64,000 bases of DNA. It comes from a virus. This document shows positions 42,585 to 51,204 of this stretch, in pieces. The translations under genes and the position numbers were made by a program. The stretch lies in the IMG/VR virus record IMGVR_UViG_3300047472_000449. The stretch is one strand, 5' to 3'. Under the pieces are notes generated by a model, which did no database searches, was not told where the DNA came from, and saw only the letters and a list, made by a program, of their open reading frames with translations. Each line of letters begins with the position of its first letter. The stretch's first letter is position 1.

Positions 42585-43460
42585 TCAAGCGTACTCAAAA
42601 TAATCACGGCTTCCGTAAAACCGAAGGTGTGTAATTGAAGTGTCGCCACGGACGGACTTGACGGAGGCATGAGTGGCTTTTTGCAGTCGAATGGTTTGCC
42701 CTTGGCTTAACACTTCGACATCTGGAATGTCTTTGTTCTGAAGTGTTTCCAGCGAAACGCCATCCAGCTCCCCAGCACTGACTTGGCAGTAATGGGATAA
42801 GTGCTTAATGACGGTGTATTTGCTTGGGTGGAACATGAAGAAGTTCATATCTGCGAAGCAATAGTTGAAGTAATTGTTGTGGTCGCTGATGGTCAGTTTG
42901 CTGAACTTTGGGTGAAGTGGCATGTGCAGTCTGCCCACCGGCTCAGCGATCTTTGGGCCTGTAAAGGCAGTCGGCACATTATCAATGGCGTCAGTAACCT
43001 TCTGCATGATTGGCAGTCGTTCAAACGCTTCGTGATGGGCAGCCTCCTCCGGCGTGACACCTGCTGCTTTGTAGGCATGCTCACAGATGTAGCCAGCGAT
43101 ATCGCTCTCGCTCCTTGTGGCTCTTGGCTGGTAGCTCCAGGCCAGCGAGGCATACACGCACCAGCCGGTGATGATCTTGGCAAGCTTTGGGTCGCCATTG
43201 AAGGCATTCACCGCAAATCGATATTGCTCGCTGGCGCTGAACAAGCCGTTGACTAGCTCAAAATTTCCATTTTCCAGGTTTTGTAACTGAAGTTTTTCGT
43301 CACCAAGGTGCTGATCAAGCAAGGCTGTAATATGCGCCATGCTGTTTAAAGCAAAGCTTTTAAAGTCCTGCCAGTGCAGGCATTTGACCCAGCCGCCATT
43401 TTGCCAAAGCTTTTCATTGCTTTTTGGGTTGAGGGGAGTCGTCAATAATGGGGTGGTCAT
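42585..43460 (-). CDS. hypothetical protein (291 aa), paralogue of 41497-42537
   Basis: As above. Confidence 0.75.
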   Translation of the reverse strand: MTTPLLTTPLNPKSNEKLWQNGGWVKCLHWQDFKSFALNSMAHITALLDQHLGDEKLQLQNLENGNFELVNGLFSASEQYRFAVNAFNGDPKLAKIITGWCVYASLAWSYQPRATRSESDIAGYICEHAYKAAGVTPEEAAHHEAFERLPIMQKVTDAIDNVPTAFTGPKIAEPVGRLHMPLHPKFSKLTISDHNNYFNYCFADMNFFMFHPSKYTVIKHLSHYCQVSAGELDGVSLETLQNKDIPDVEVLSQGQTIRLQKATHASVKSVRGDTSITHLRFYGSRDYFEYA

Positions 43461-43672
43461 AAAGATTGATCCTGATTAGGGTGTGCTTCAAGCTAAGATA
43501 AACCCCGGCATCATGAACAATAATATGATACAAATCAATATTAATTTCATATGAAATAACCTCATTTTCTGCTTTCGCGCTTCACAAGAAAACACTTTGA
43601 CAATTTATCCGTATTCGGCGATCCAATAATTTAGTATTATTTGACAATAACAATAACCAAAAGGATCTTGCA

Positions 43673-44233
43673 ATGAGCACTTCGCAGAACGACATCGCCT
43701 ATACCGACACTAAAAATCACGTTTACTGGGGGCTGATCCTGGGTGGCATCGTGACCGCGCTCGGGAGCTTCAGCTTTACCAAGGATGTGCATGTCGGGGT
43801 GGGTGCGGCGCTGGTTGCAGCAGGCTTCTGGATGTTCTTCACAGCCTACTTCCACAGCCAGAACGGCAAAAAAGCGATCATGACCCTCAAGCGTGACGGC
43901 ATCTTGCTGCCCGACAAGATTTTCGTCCCTTACGCTGACATCGAGAACATCTGGGCCGGTGATCCCTTCCCGATGAACCCGATGGGTCGTCTGAACATCG
44001 TTTTTCACCTGAACAAAGATGCAAAGATCAAACAAACCCGGCGCTCGCTCAAACTGTCGATGGACAGCTTTTTCTCGCGCTCCTATGCCGGGTGCAATAT
44101 CAGCATGATCGGCAAGAAAAAAACAGCCATGCTCATGGTTCCAGGCCTGCGCCCGTTGGACGGTTCAAAGCAAACCGAAGAGCAAATCATTGATGAGATC
44201 TATGCGCGCATAGAGGCTGCTCAGGAGGCGTAA
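43673..44233 (+). CDS. membrane protein with two TM helices and a PH-like soluble domain (186 aa)
   Basis: Two TM helices then L..DGI..P...(V)PY.DIE.I; terminator 44258-44279. Confidence 0.7.
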   Translation: MSTSQNDIAYTDTKNHVYWGLILGGIVTALGSFSFTKDVHVGVGAALVAAGFWMFFTAYFHSQNGKKAIMTLKRDGILLPDKIFVPYADIENIWAGDPFPMNPMGRLNIVFHLNKDAKIKQTRRSLKLSMDSFFSRSYAGCNISMIGKKKTAMLMVPGLRPLDGSKQTEEQIIDEIYARIEAAQEA

Positions 44234-44257
44234 CGCCTCGAATCATGCGCTTTCCAA

Positions 44258-44279
44258 GAGGCCCGCAAGGGCCTTTTTT
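44258..44279 (+). terminator. intrinsic terminator
   Basis: AGGCCC-GCAA-GGGCCTTTTTT. Confidence 0.8.
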
Positions 44280-44317
44280 GATTGTGCTACCTACTTCGGC
44301 TGATCGGTGCGCCAGAT

Positions 44318-44356
44318 GTCATCTGTATTGACATTTTCTTATTTGATTGCTATTAT
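44318..44356 (+). promoter_or_regulatory. sigma70 promoter + operator
   Basis: GTCATCTGTATTGAC 44318-44332 (exact reverse complement of the 18778 site); TTGACA-17-TATTAT. Confidence 0.85.
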
Positions 44357-44382
44357 GTAGCTATCGAAAACGGAGTCTCACC

Positions 44383-44736
44383 ATGAACCGGCCTGACAAA
44401 AAAATCTCGGATTTTGCAAAATCTCCTGAATTTCGCGATCAGAATTTCGCCGCAAAGGCTGCTGTAGATGCCATGGCTCCAGTCCCCGAGGCACTGTATG
44501 CGGAGGCTCGGATGAAAATCGCCTCCGCTGTGACTTGGCTGGTTGAGCATGAAACTCATCGTGACGCCGCCAGCTTTCGCAACATGAAGCACGCCATCAT
44601 CGGCATGACCACCGCCTGGGGTATGATTCGCGCCTATTCGAAGGCAAGCGGCGAGCCAGTGCCCAAGGCCCTCGAAGACCAGTACGCATTTCTGTTCAAT
44701 TACTTCAGTTATTTCGAGTTTCATGACCACTCCTGA
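44383..44736 (+). CDS. hypothetical protein (117 aa)
   Basis: Promoter 44318-44356; GGAG RBS. Confidence 0.75.
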   Translation: MNRPDKKISDFAKSPEFRDQNFAAKAAVDAMAPVPEALYAEARMKIASAVTWLVEHETHRDAASFRNMKHAIIGMTTAWGMIRAYSKASGEPVPKALEDQYAFLFNYFSYFEFHDHS

Positions 44737-44762
44737 TCAATGGGGTTGGCTTGCTTGAGGTG

Positions 44763-44801
44763 GTCAACCGAGTTGACAATTTACTGATTGATGACTATAA
44801 T
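44763..44801 (+). promoter_or_regulatory. sigma70 promoter + operator
   Basis: GTCAACCGAGTTGAC; TTGACA-17-TATAAT. Confidence 0.85.
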
Positions 44802-44860
44802 GATCACCTCAGTCCAAGCAGGCCTGTCCTGTCCTATTGTCGATTATCAGGAAGCCTCTC

Positions 44861-45199
44861 ATGAAAAAGACCATTTCCAGCGCCGAACTCAATCATTTGC
44901 GCCGACTCCTTGGCTGGGTGTCGTGCGAAATCGGCCAGTCGCCTGAAGAGATGGTGGCGACCGTCAAATCGGTGGCCCCAGCCTTTGATGGCGAAGAACT
45001 CAGCGACGAGGCTAAACAGCGTCTGGTTGCCTCTCATGAAAAAGCCGCCGCTGTGCCCAAGTATGTCCGGCAGGCCGTCAAGGCGCTCCAGAAGACGCTG
45101 GAGGACACCAACGGCGACACGGTTGACGGTGAGCTGGTCGAAGGGCCGGACGGTCTTCCAGCCCCTTCCGGCCAACCTGCATTGACCCATAAGGCATGA
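44861..45199 (+). CDS. hypothetical protein (112 aa)
   Basis: Promoter 44763-44801; AGGA RBS. Confidence 0.75.
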   Translation: MKKTISSAELNHLRRLLGWVSCEIGQSPEEMVATVKSVAPAFDGEELSDEAKQRLVASHEKAAAVPKYVRQAVKALQKTLEDTNGDTVDGELVEGPDGLPAPSGQPALTHKA

Positions 45200-45203
45200 A
45201 TCG

Positions 45204-45509
45204 ATGAACACACAAGCGGCCATTCACATTCCTGAGTTGGATGGGCACAGCACCAGCTGGGCTGTCGTGCGAAAGGACACAGGCGCACTGATCAGTGAGT
45301 CAACGAGCCGTTTCTGGATCGAGGCTGAAAAGCTGAATCCCGAAAAAATCGAGGTGCTCACATGGCACCAATACCTGCGAAAATCCGGTGATCATCGGAT
45401 CGCGGAAATTGGCGCGAAAGACCTGCTCCAGCAAATCGAAATGCGTGAGCTAGTAAACAGCCCTCGTTACATCAATCTTGTGGATGCCTTGCAGGCCTTC
45501 CTCAAATAA
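45204..45509 (+). CDS. hypothetical protein (101 aa)
   Basis: Co-oriented, 4-bp gap. Confidence 0.7.
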   Translation: MNTQAAIHIPELDGHSTSWAVVRKDTGALISESTSRFWIEAEKLNPEKIEVLTWHQYLRKSGDHRIAEIGAKDLLQQIEMRELVNSPRYINLVDALQAFLK

Positions 45510-45576
45510 TCAGCCCTAGAAGCTGATGTGTTTGCGGCTCCAGGTCGCTAGGTGATATTGAGTCAAGGGATTATCT

Positions 45577-45864
45577 ATGCCCGTCATGTACCACGTCACC
45601 AGCGGCCAGAATCGAACAAGCATCTTGAAGAAAGGCTTGCTCGCGGATCTCGATAACACCGGATATGGGGCTATTTTTCTGGCTGATTCGCCGCCATTGA
45701 TTATTCCCGGATTGGATGTTTGGGCGGTTGAGGTGTCAGGGCTGAGTCTTGATGAAGACTTCACAGGCGAGCCGGACGATGGCCGCTGGTGGATGCACTA
45801 CGGCGATATCCGGCCTGACCGTCTTTCGATGCGCTCTGGCATTCCGACGCCCGCACTCGCTTAG
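45577..45864 (+). CDS. small ADP-ribosyltransferase-fold (Tpt1/KptA/DUF952-like) protein (95 aa)
   Basis: MYHVT...N..SILKKGL....AIFL.....Y.GDI.P.RL pattern. Confidence 0.55.
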   Translation: MPVMYHVTSGQNRTSILKKGLLADLDNTGYGAIFLADSPPLIIPGLDVWAVEVSGLSLDEDFTGEPDDGRWWMHYGDIRPDRLSMRSGIPTPALA

Positions 45865-46469
45865 TCTACTTCCTGCGTGAAAATGGCAAACACCATCGCA
45901 TTGTCCCGCGCATAGCGTTCCAGCTCGGCGAGATAGTGCTTATCGTACCGATATTCAAGCTCAAAGCGCTCGGTGGTCTCCAGTGGATAGGCGCCATGCT
46001 GGCGCTGGTCATCGAATATCACCACATCCCCCGGCGCCATTTCGTGCGCCCGCGTGGTATTGCTGACAAACAAACAGCCTTTGGGCGCTTGCAACAACAC
46101 CGCCAGCACGTCGCCCACTTCATGCGTCGAGTCTTGAGGATCGGTGTGCAGTGAGCAGAAATCAAAAGCCATGGTTTGCAGTTGCATGGTTGGGTTATCG
46201 AGCAGCGGCACCAGGGCGTGCAGAGACGGCACGTCGATCATTGGTTTGAGCGCCAGCGCCAGCATGTTATTACCAATGCCCTGCTCGGCGTTCGGATAAA
46301 ACGGCCTGTCCCGCTCCAACAGCTGATTGCCTTCGCTGCTCATGTGTCGCCAGGGTTCCCCCACGTGCGCCAGCAGGCTCAAGCGATCCGCGTCGTTAAT
46401 GCGGCCCAGGTAGCGGCTGGCCGTGTGGGGGTCAAGCGAAACCCCCAGCCTACTCGCAAGCGAAATCAT
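45861..46469 (-). CDS. 2OG-Fe(II) dioxygenase/cupin-like protein (202 aa)
   Basis: LHTD ... MAPGDVVIFDDQRQHG (HxD...H triad). Confidence 0.65.
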   Translation of the reverse strand: MISLASRLGVSLDPHTASRYLGRINDADRLSLLAHVGEPWRHMSSEGNQLLERDRPFYPNAEQGIGNNMLALALKPMIDVPSLHALVPLLDNPTMQLQTMAFDFCSLHTDPQDSTHEVGDVLAVLLQAPKGCLFVSNTTRAHEMAPGDVVIFDDQRQHGAYPLETTERFELEYRYDKHYLAELERYARDNAMVFAIFTQEVD

Positions 46470-46798
46470 CCCAGCGCGTGCAGGTGGTTAATCTTGAAAT
46501 CCTCGAACGCCTCGCCCATCGCCGCAGTGCCGTCCGGAATCGGAAAGCCATGCTTTTCCAGGTACGGCACCACGGTCTCAAAAAAGAACACCTGCTTGAA
46601 CGTCTCATCGCCGTGATGAAACGCCGCGCAACGCTCAGAGGTATGTCGTCCCGAGCTGCACAGGCCAATCACTTCTTTCATGAGCTGGGTGTAGGCATAG
46701 GCCGGAGGGCTGTGATAGCGCCCCTCGGTGTGATGCTTGGAATAGGCTGTGCAGAAGGCCTGGAAGTGAGTCTTGGCGAGCGCGCTGGGTAGGTTCAT
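46466..46798 (-). CDS. hypothetical protein (110 aa)
   Basis: ATGA overlap. Confidence 0.65.
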   Translation of the reverse strand: MNLPSALAKTHFQAFCTAYSKHHTEGRYHSPPAYAYTQLMKEVIGLCSSGRHTSERCAAFHHGDETFKQVFFFETVVPYLEKHGFPIPDGTAAMGEAFEDFKINHLHALG

Positions 46799-46808
46799 GA
46801 AAGCCCCC

Positions 46809-47090
46809 TCAGTGCTGAATGTTGGCGACAGAGAGGGCGGCTTTCATGGTTGCTTCATCAAAAGGCGCCAGTGACTTACGCAATTCGACAGGAACAGCAT
46901 TCACCCACTCCAGGGCCATATCCAGTGCCTGCTCAGGCGTCACCGCAGGCGCACCTTCAATCGGTTCCCCGGCAATCATGGCATCCACCCATTCCCGGTC
47001 AAACCCCGGCATGCCCGGTAGTGGCAACGATTGCGGAACGCTGTCGATCCAGGTCAGGGTTTGTTTGAGTGCTTGGAGCGTGGTCAGCAT
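46809..47090 (-). CDS. hypothetical protein (93 aa) with internal AL...L.W(I/V)..VP repeat
   Basis: Promoter 47125-47163. Confidence 0.65.
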   Translation of the reverse strand: MLTTLQALKQTLTWIDSVPQSLPLPGMPGFDREWVDAMIAGEPIEGAPAVTPEQALDMALEWVNAVPVELRKSLAPFDEATMKAALSVANIQH

Positions 47091-47124
47091 GGCAAGGCTC
47101 GCAAAGTTCTTTGAATAGGATATC

Positions 47125-47163
47125 AGTATAACGAATCTCACCTGTGCAGTCAATACAAATGAC
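47125..47163 (-). promoter_or_regulatory. sigma70 promoter + operator
   Basis: TTGACT-17-TATACT; GTCAATACAAATGAC 47149-47163. Confidence 0.85.
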
Positions 47164-47180
47164 ATTTCAATAATAGGGAT

Positions 47181-47219
47181 GTCATTGTGATTGACAGTCG
47201 CTGCTCGTATCGTTATACT
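47181..47219 (+). promoter_or_regulatory. divergent sigma70 promoter + its own operator
   Basis: GTCATTGTGATTGAC; TTGACA-17-TATACT. Confidence 0.85.
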
Positions 47220-47239
47220 GACTCCATTGAAACAGCGGA

Positions 47240-47572
47240 ATGCCTGACATGCCGATTCTGACCAAGCGTACGCTGTGCGCCGACTGCGGTGAATTCATGT
47301 CAACGGGTGACGCGTTTCGCTGGGTCAAGGTGCGAGTGGCCACCGGGCCGAGCGTCAAGAACGTAGGCCGGATCACTCACAAAGCGGCACACGCCGACCC
47401 GCATTGCCTGCTCAAAAGCGTTCGCCGTACTGAATTGCTTCGCGCTGCTCAAGGTAACGAAGACACACTGGCGCTTCTGGAGGCTCAAGGTGAGCCGGTG
47501 CCAGACATGCTCCGAGAGATGCTGACAAAAAACGCCGCCGATGCTCGGGCGCAAGCTGCTGAACTCAAGTAA
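47240..47572 (+). CDS. hypothetical protein (110 aa), CxxC...H...HC putative Zn-binding
   Basis: Promoter 47181-47219. Confidence 0.7.
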   Translation: MPDMPILTKRTLCADCGEFMSTGDAFRWVKVRVATGPSVKNVGRITHKAAHADPHCLLKSVRRTELLRAAQGNEDTLALLEAQGEPVPDMLREMLTKNAADARAQAAELK

Positions 47573-47581
47573 GGAACTCCA

Positions 47582-47947
47582 ATGTCCCAGATTACTGCCA
47601 ACATCGCCGCCCCACTCGTTTCGCTGATCGTCGCTATTGATGGTGATGACGCGACCCACAACGGCGATTGGATTGAAGCGGTCTGCGCAGCACGTGACTT
47701 GCTGGCACCCAATACCTTGGAGGTCTTGAATCAGTGCCCTCAGGAGATCGGCCAGCACTTTGCAGCCAGCCAGATCGAAGTCACCTTCAAAGCGTTGAAA
47801 GAACGCGCTGACAAGCTGGCTGAGGCGCTGGAGTGGATGGACAGCCAATGTGATGCTGAACCTTTGCAATCCGAGCGCCGCATGATCAACGCCACGCTGG
47901 CAGCCATTCGCGCTGAATACGCACCCGGCTACTTTGACGCCTGCTGA
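47582..47947 (+). CDS. hypothetical protein (121 aa)
   Basis: AAGGA RBS. Confidence 0.75.
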   Translation: MSQITANIAAPLVSLIVAIDGDDATHNGDWIEAVCAARDLLAPNTLEVLNQCPQEIGQHFAASQIEVTFKALKERADKLAEALEWMDSQCDAEPLQSERRMINATLAAIRAEYAPGYFDAC

Positions 47948-47960
47948 CAGGAGCTGATTC

Positions 47961-48284
47961 ATGGAGATTCAATCCATTCTGTCCCTGTATGCCGGTAACA
48001 TCGCTACGCTGGCTCAACAGGCCTGTGGGGCTTATGGAAAAGCCGTGGCCGGTATCGAGCGCGACGTTGATTTGCTGGTCGAGGCCCATGAGGCTGCACT
48101 TGAGTGTGGCCGATTGAGCTTTGTGTCGGGGCATGAACTGCCGGAGTCTTTTGGGTCAATACCCGCCCTTGTTACGGGCTGGGGCATGGGCTGGGAAGAT
48201 GCGCAGGAAAATGAATCCATTGCACGGTGCGCTGGCTGTCAGTCTGCTGAAGACCGTCACCTAGATTGCCCTTATCACGGTTGA
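47961..48284 (+). CDS. hypothetical protein (107 aa) with C-terminal CxxC..CPYH
   Basis: AGGAG RBS. Confidence 0.7.
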   Translation: MEIQSILSLYAGNIATLAQQACGAYGKAVAGIERDVDLLVEAHEAALECGRLSFVSGHELPESFGSIPALVTGWGMGWEDAQENESIARCAGCQSAEDRHLDCPYHG

Positions 48285-48293
48285 GGAAAGACC

Positions 48294-48761
48294 ATGGCTT
48301 ACGCCTTCACCAATCGTTTCAACTTCGGCGGGCATGACTTTTACATGTACTCCGCTCAAGATAGCCACGGCTCGGCCTGTTGCACGCTGATGGTTGACGG
48401 CAAATGCGTCACCGAACCGCAATGGCGCGAGCATGTGATCAGCAGCCTGGGAGCCGGTATTGCGGTTATCCGCAACCGCCTTTCCGGTGCTGACTTCTTC
48501 GGCGTCTGCGACGAGGTGCAATTGCAGGACGTTGATTTCAGCCTGAACGGTGTGCAATTTCACTGTTTCATATACCCTTACGTTCCGGGTAAGGCCATTG
48601 GCCCCCACGTGTACAAGGTTGATGGTGTCGATGTGAAGCCTGAAGTGTTCAGGGAGCGCGTTGTCGAGGCGCTGGGAGAAGGCAAGCGCCATTTTTCATT
48701 GATGTTCCGCTTCGAAAAACCGGATTTCATTCATGCGTTGCTGGGCCGTACTGCGGCTTAA
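48294..48761 (+). CDS. hypothetical protein (155 aa) with a duplicated domain
   Basis: VDG..V....(W/F)RE.V...LG.G occurs twice. Confidence 0.7.
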   Translation: MAYAFTNRFNFGGHDFYMYSAQDSHGSACCTLMVDGKCVTEPQWREHVISSLGAGIAVIRNRLSGADFFGVCDEVQLQDVDFSLNGVQFHCFIYPYVPGKAIGPHVYKVDGVDVKPEVFRERVVEALGEGKRHFSLMFRFEKPDFIHALLGRTAA

Positions 48762-48778
48762 AATAAGGATTACAACTG

Positions 48779-49018
48779 ATGGAACTGAAAGCGTTGCAAG
48801 TTAAATACGAATGGCGTGTGCTCAGCCACAATGGGATTTTGGAGCAACCGCGCCCCTCTGGCCCGTCATACGACGAGAGCCAGCTTAATGAGTATGGTGG
48901 CTTTGCCAGTCGTGTAGAAGCCATTGCCCGCCTGGAAGAGTGGGTGACCAATGAACGCAACAAATTCGGCAGTGATGATTTTGTTTTGATCGAGGTCTTT
49001 GGTCGCAAACGAGATTAA
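48779..49018 (+). CDS. hypothetical protein (79 aa)
   Basis: AAGGA RBS. Confidence 0.7.
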   Translation: MELKALQVKYEWRVLSHNGILEQPRPSGPSYDESQLNEYGGFASRVEAIARLEEWVTNERNKFGSDDFVLIEVFGRKRD

Positions 49019-49161
49019 TCGGTAGCGCCTGATCATGCCTAAGGCAAGGTCAGGCGTAATGCTGTTGATTCCACATGCCCTCCGGCCTACAATTACCGCA
49101 TATTATATCTGCGGGTGGCCGGAATCCTGTGTTCCGAGGCGCACGCCTTAGGAGCAATTAT

Positions 49162-49485
49162 ATGCAAGCCACAGCATTACCTGATAATCACACCAAAGCC
49201 CTTGAATTACTTTACCAAGGTTTGATTCGTATCCGCGTCGCTTCCAATCGCGACCCTGTAACGGTTTACGCCCTCTCTGATGCCATGCATAACCTGCCTC
49301 GCGCCCTGCTCTCCGGTAACGAGCAACGGATCTCAGAAGAAATGGCGCTGACCGAATCAGCTATTCGACTCTTTCAGCGCGAAAGTTGTCTGCATGAGGC
49401 CGAGTCCGAGGCTGGCGCTGACATTAATAAGCCCTGTGCGATTAACGCCGCTGTCCGCAGGCATAATAAAACAAGCGATCAATAA
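49162..49485 (+). CDS. hypothetical protein (107 aa)
   Basis: AGGAG RBS. Confidence 0.65.
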   Translation: MQATALPDNHTKALELLYQGLIRIRVASNRDPVTVYALSDAMHNLPRALLSGNEQRISEEMALTESAIRLFQRESCLHEAESEAGADINKPCAINAAVRRHNKTSDQ

Positions 49486-49495
49486 TGGCTTTGCG

Positions 49496-49534
49496 GTCAT
49501 TGTTATTGACATTTTGAGTATGCTTGAGTAAACT
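49496..49534 (+). promoter_or_regulatory. sigma70 promoter + operator
   Basis: GTCATTGTTATTGAC; TTGACA-17-TAAACT. Confidence 0.8.
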
Positions 49535-49564
49535 AGCGGCTTAATCACCTAATCGGATGCTGAT

Positions 49565-50350
49565 ATGGGTAACGTCATTCTCATGGTTGTTCGACACCGC
49601 GATCTGGATGCGGTCGAAAAACTCGACCTTCACGATATCCAGGGTGGTTTCATCCACAGCACCGATACACTGCCAAAGCGTTTCGATGGCGGCGAGCCTT
49701 GGAAAGATCGCTATTTCGACCACTATGGGCGCCCGGCGAACGTGATGCTGTCGCATTATTATCACTACTCTGGCTCCCCTCTGTTCTACCTTGATGACCA
49801 GATGATGGTGGACGCTGGCCACCTGAGCCGTGCGGACTACGCAGTGGAACCGACGCTTGATTTTGAGCGCTTCGTTCCTGGCGTTCGCAAAGCCTTGCGC
49901 CAATCCAAACACAGCGTTCTGGATCGCAAGGGTAAACTGTCGCGCCCTACCCGCTCCGGCGACAAGGTGAGCTTGTTCATGCTGTGGACGGACTGCATCG
50001 ACCGGGCAGAAAAGAACGAGCACACCATGACTGACGTGGCGCACTACTGCCGCACGGGTGAAGTGCGTTCCCGTACGTTCGGCAGCCTGAACCATGGCAT
50101 CAGTGCCATTGCCACGCTGAACGAGGGTGAGGCGGCGCTTGTTCGCCTGTACGACACTCAGGTTAATGTTCAGCGCCTGCCGCGCTTTGAGCTGGCTGTG
50201 ACGCCAGAGGAGTGCGCTCAGATCGCAGCCCTCTACACGGCTGAAGACTACGGCAAGGCATTTCGTTTGTACGATCTGGCCTTTGCTCGTGAAATCGCGG
50301 CTGCCCACGGCTATTTGGTTCGCGAAGTGGCGTCCAAACAGATCGCCTGA
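49565..50350 (+). CDS. hypothetical protein (261 aa)
   Basis: Promoter 49496-49534; terminator 50370-50402. Confidence 0.8.
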   Translation: MGNVILMVVRHRDLDAVEKLDLHDIQGGFIHSTDTLPKRFDGGEPWKDRYFDHYGRPANVMLSHYYHYSGSPLFYLDDQMMVDAGHLSRADYAVEPTLDFERFVPGVRKALRQSKHSVLDRKGKLSRPTRSGDKVSLFMLWTDCIDRAEKNEHTMTDVAHYCRTGEVRSRTFGSLNHGISAIATLNEGEAALVRLYDTQVNVQRLPRFELAVTPEECAQIAALYTAEDYGKAFRLYDLAFAREIAAAHGYLVREVASKQIA

Positions 50351-50369
50351 CGCTCCGCATCAGAAAGAT

Positions 50370-50402
50370 GCCACCCCGGCTTTAGTTGTGGGTGGCTTTT
50401 TT
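50370..50402 (+). terminator. intrinsic terminator
   Basis: GCCACCC...GGGTGGCTTTTTT. Confidence 0.7.
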
Positions 50403-50439
50403 GTGTCCTTTAAAAGAGGATCGTGAGGACAGATAATAC

Positions 50440-50468
50440 TCGACAAATACGCGCATTGCGCGTATACT
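50440..50468 (+). promoter_or_regulatory. sigma70 promoter without operator
   Basis: TCGACA-17-TATACT. Confidence 0.6.
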
Positions 50469-50502
50469 GATCCTATCAAGTCAGCCAACGAGTGAATCCG
50501 TC

Positions 50503-50754
50503 ATGTGTAAAGAAGCCATCTGCATTTGCATCCCGGTATCCCAGGCACCGCATGGCTGGTTGCGCGTGAGCAAAGCGGCATTCTTCACGTGGGTGGGCGC
50601 TCAGGACATCGTGACTTCAATCGGTCGCAGCTACACCGAATACAACTTCCGTAACCAGCGGCCAGCCGGTCGCCGCTACGAGGATACTGGGGATTACTAC
50701 CTGCTGGCCGTGTACGCCCGCACTGTCGATCACATCCGCGACGTGGCGGCGTGA
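50503..50754 (+). CDS. hypothetical protein (83 aa)
   Basis: Promoter 50440-50468; GTGA overlap with the HTH gene. Confidence 0.65.
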   Translation: MCKEAICICIPVSQAPHGWLRVSKAAFFTWVGAQDIVTSIGRSYTEYNFRNQRPAGRRYEDTGDYYLLAVYARTVDHIRDVAA

Positions 50755-50933
50755 GTCAGTCGCCAAACCCCTCGCCTGCTGCCATCCGTGAGGCTCGCGA
50801 GCAGGCCGACCTCACGCAGACGGAGGCGGCTGCCCTGGTGCATACCACCTGCCGCACATGGCAGCAATGGGAGGCCGGTGATCGCAAGATGCACCCGGCC
50901 TTTTGGGAGTTGTTTCAGATAAAGGCCCGCTGA
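50751..50933 (+). CDS. small Xre/Cro-type HTH protein (60 aa), KorC-reminiscent
   Basis: PSPAAIREAREQADLTQTEAAALVHTTCRTWQQWEAGDRKMHPAFWELF. Confidence 0.8.
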   Translation: MSQSPNPSPAAIREAREQADLTQTEAAALVHTTCRTWQQWEAGDRKMHPAFWELFQIKAR

Positions 50934-50948
50934 TTGTTTGGCGGCAAC

Positions 50949-50990
50949 AAAAAACCGGCACAGCGCTGAAGACGCTCTGCCGGTTTTTTT
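50949..50990. terminator. bidirectional terminator
   Basis: AAAAAACCGGCA...TGCCGGTTTTTTT. Confidence 0.75.
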
Positions 50991-51003
50991 GTCTGTGATC
51001 GCT

Positions 51004-51204
51004 TTATGGGGCGTCTGGATCGTCACCCCATACGGTAGCCTTATCCAGATTTTTGTCTGCAATGACCTTTTCGATGTTGGCCCTGAGCTGCTTGGCTTCA
51101 AGTACTGATCCGCTGGCGCGAGCCGTCCTGTAAGCGCTTACCCAGGCTGCCAAGCCTGCATTCAGTTCAGCCTGTGTGTTCAGAAGTTGATTTGACTGGG
51201 ACGT
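51004..51204 (-). pseudogene. 66-codon ORF with ACG in place of ATG (start-codon loss or non-canonical start)
   Basis: GAGGTCATC-ACG-TCC matches the GAGGTCACC-ATG context of the gene at 55097; open frame to TAA at 51004. Confidence 0.45.
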
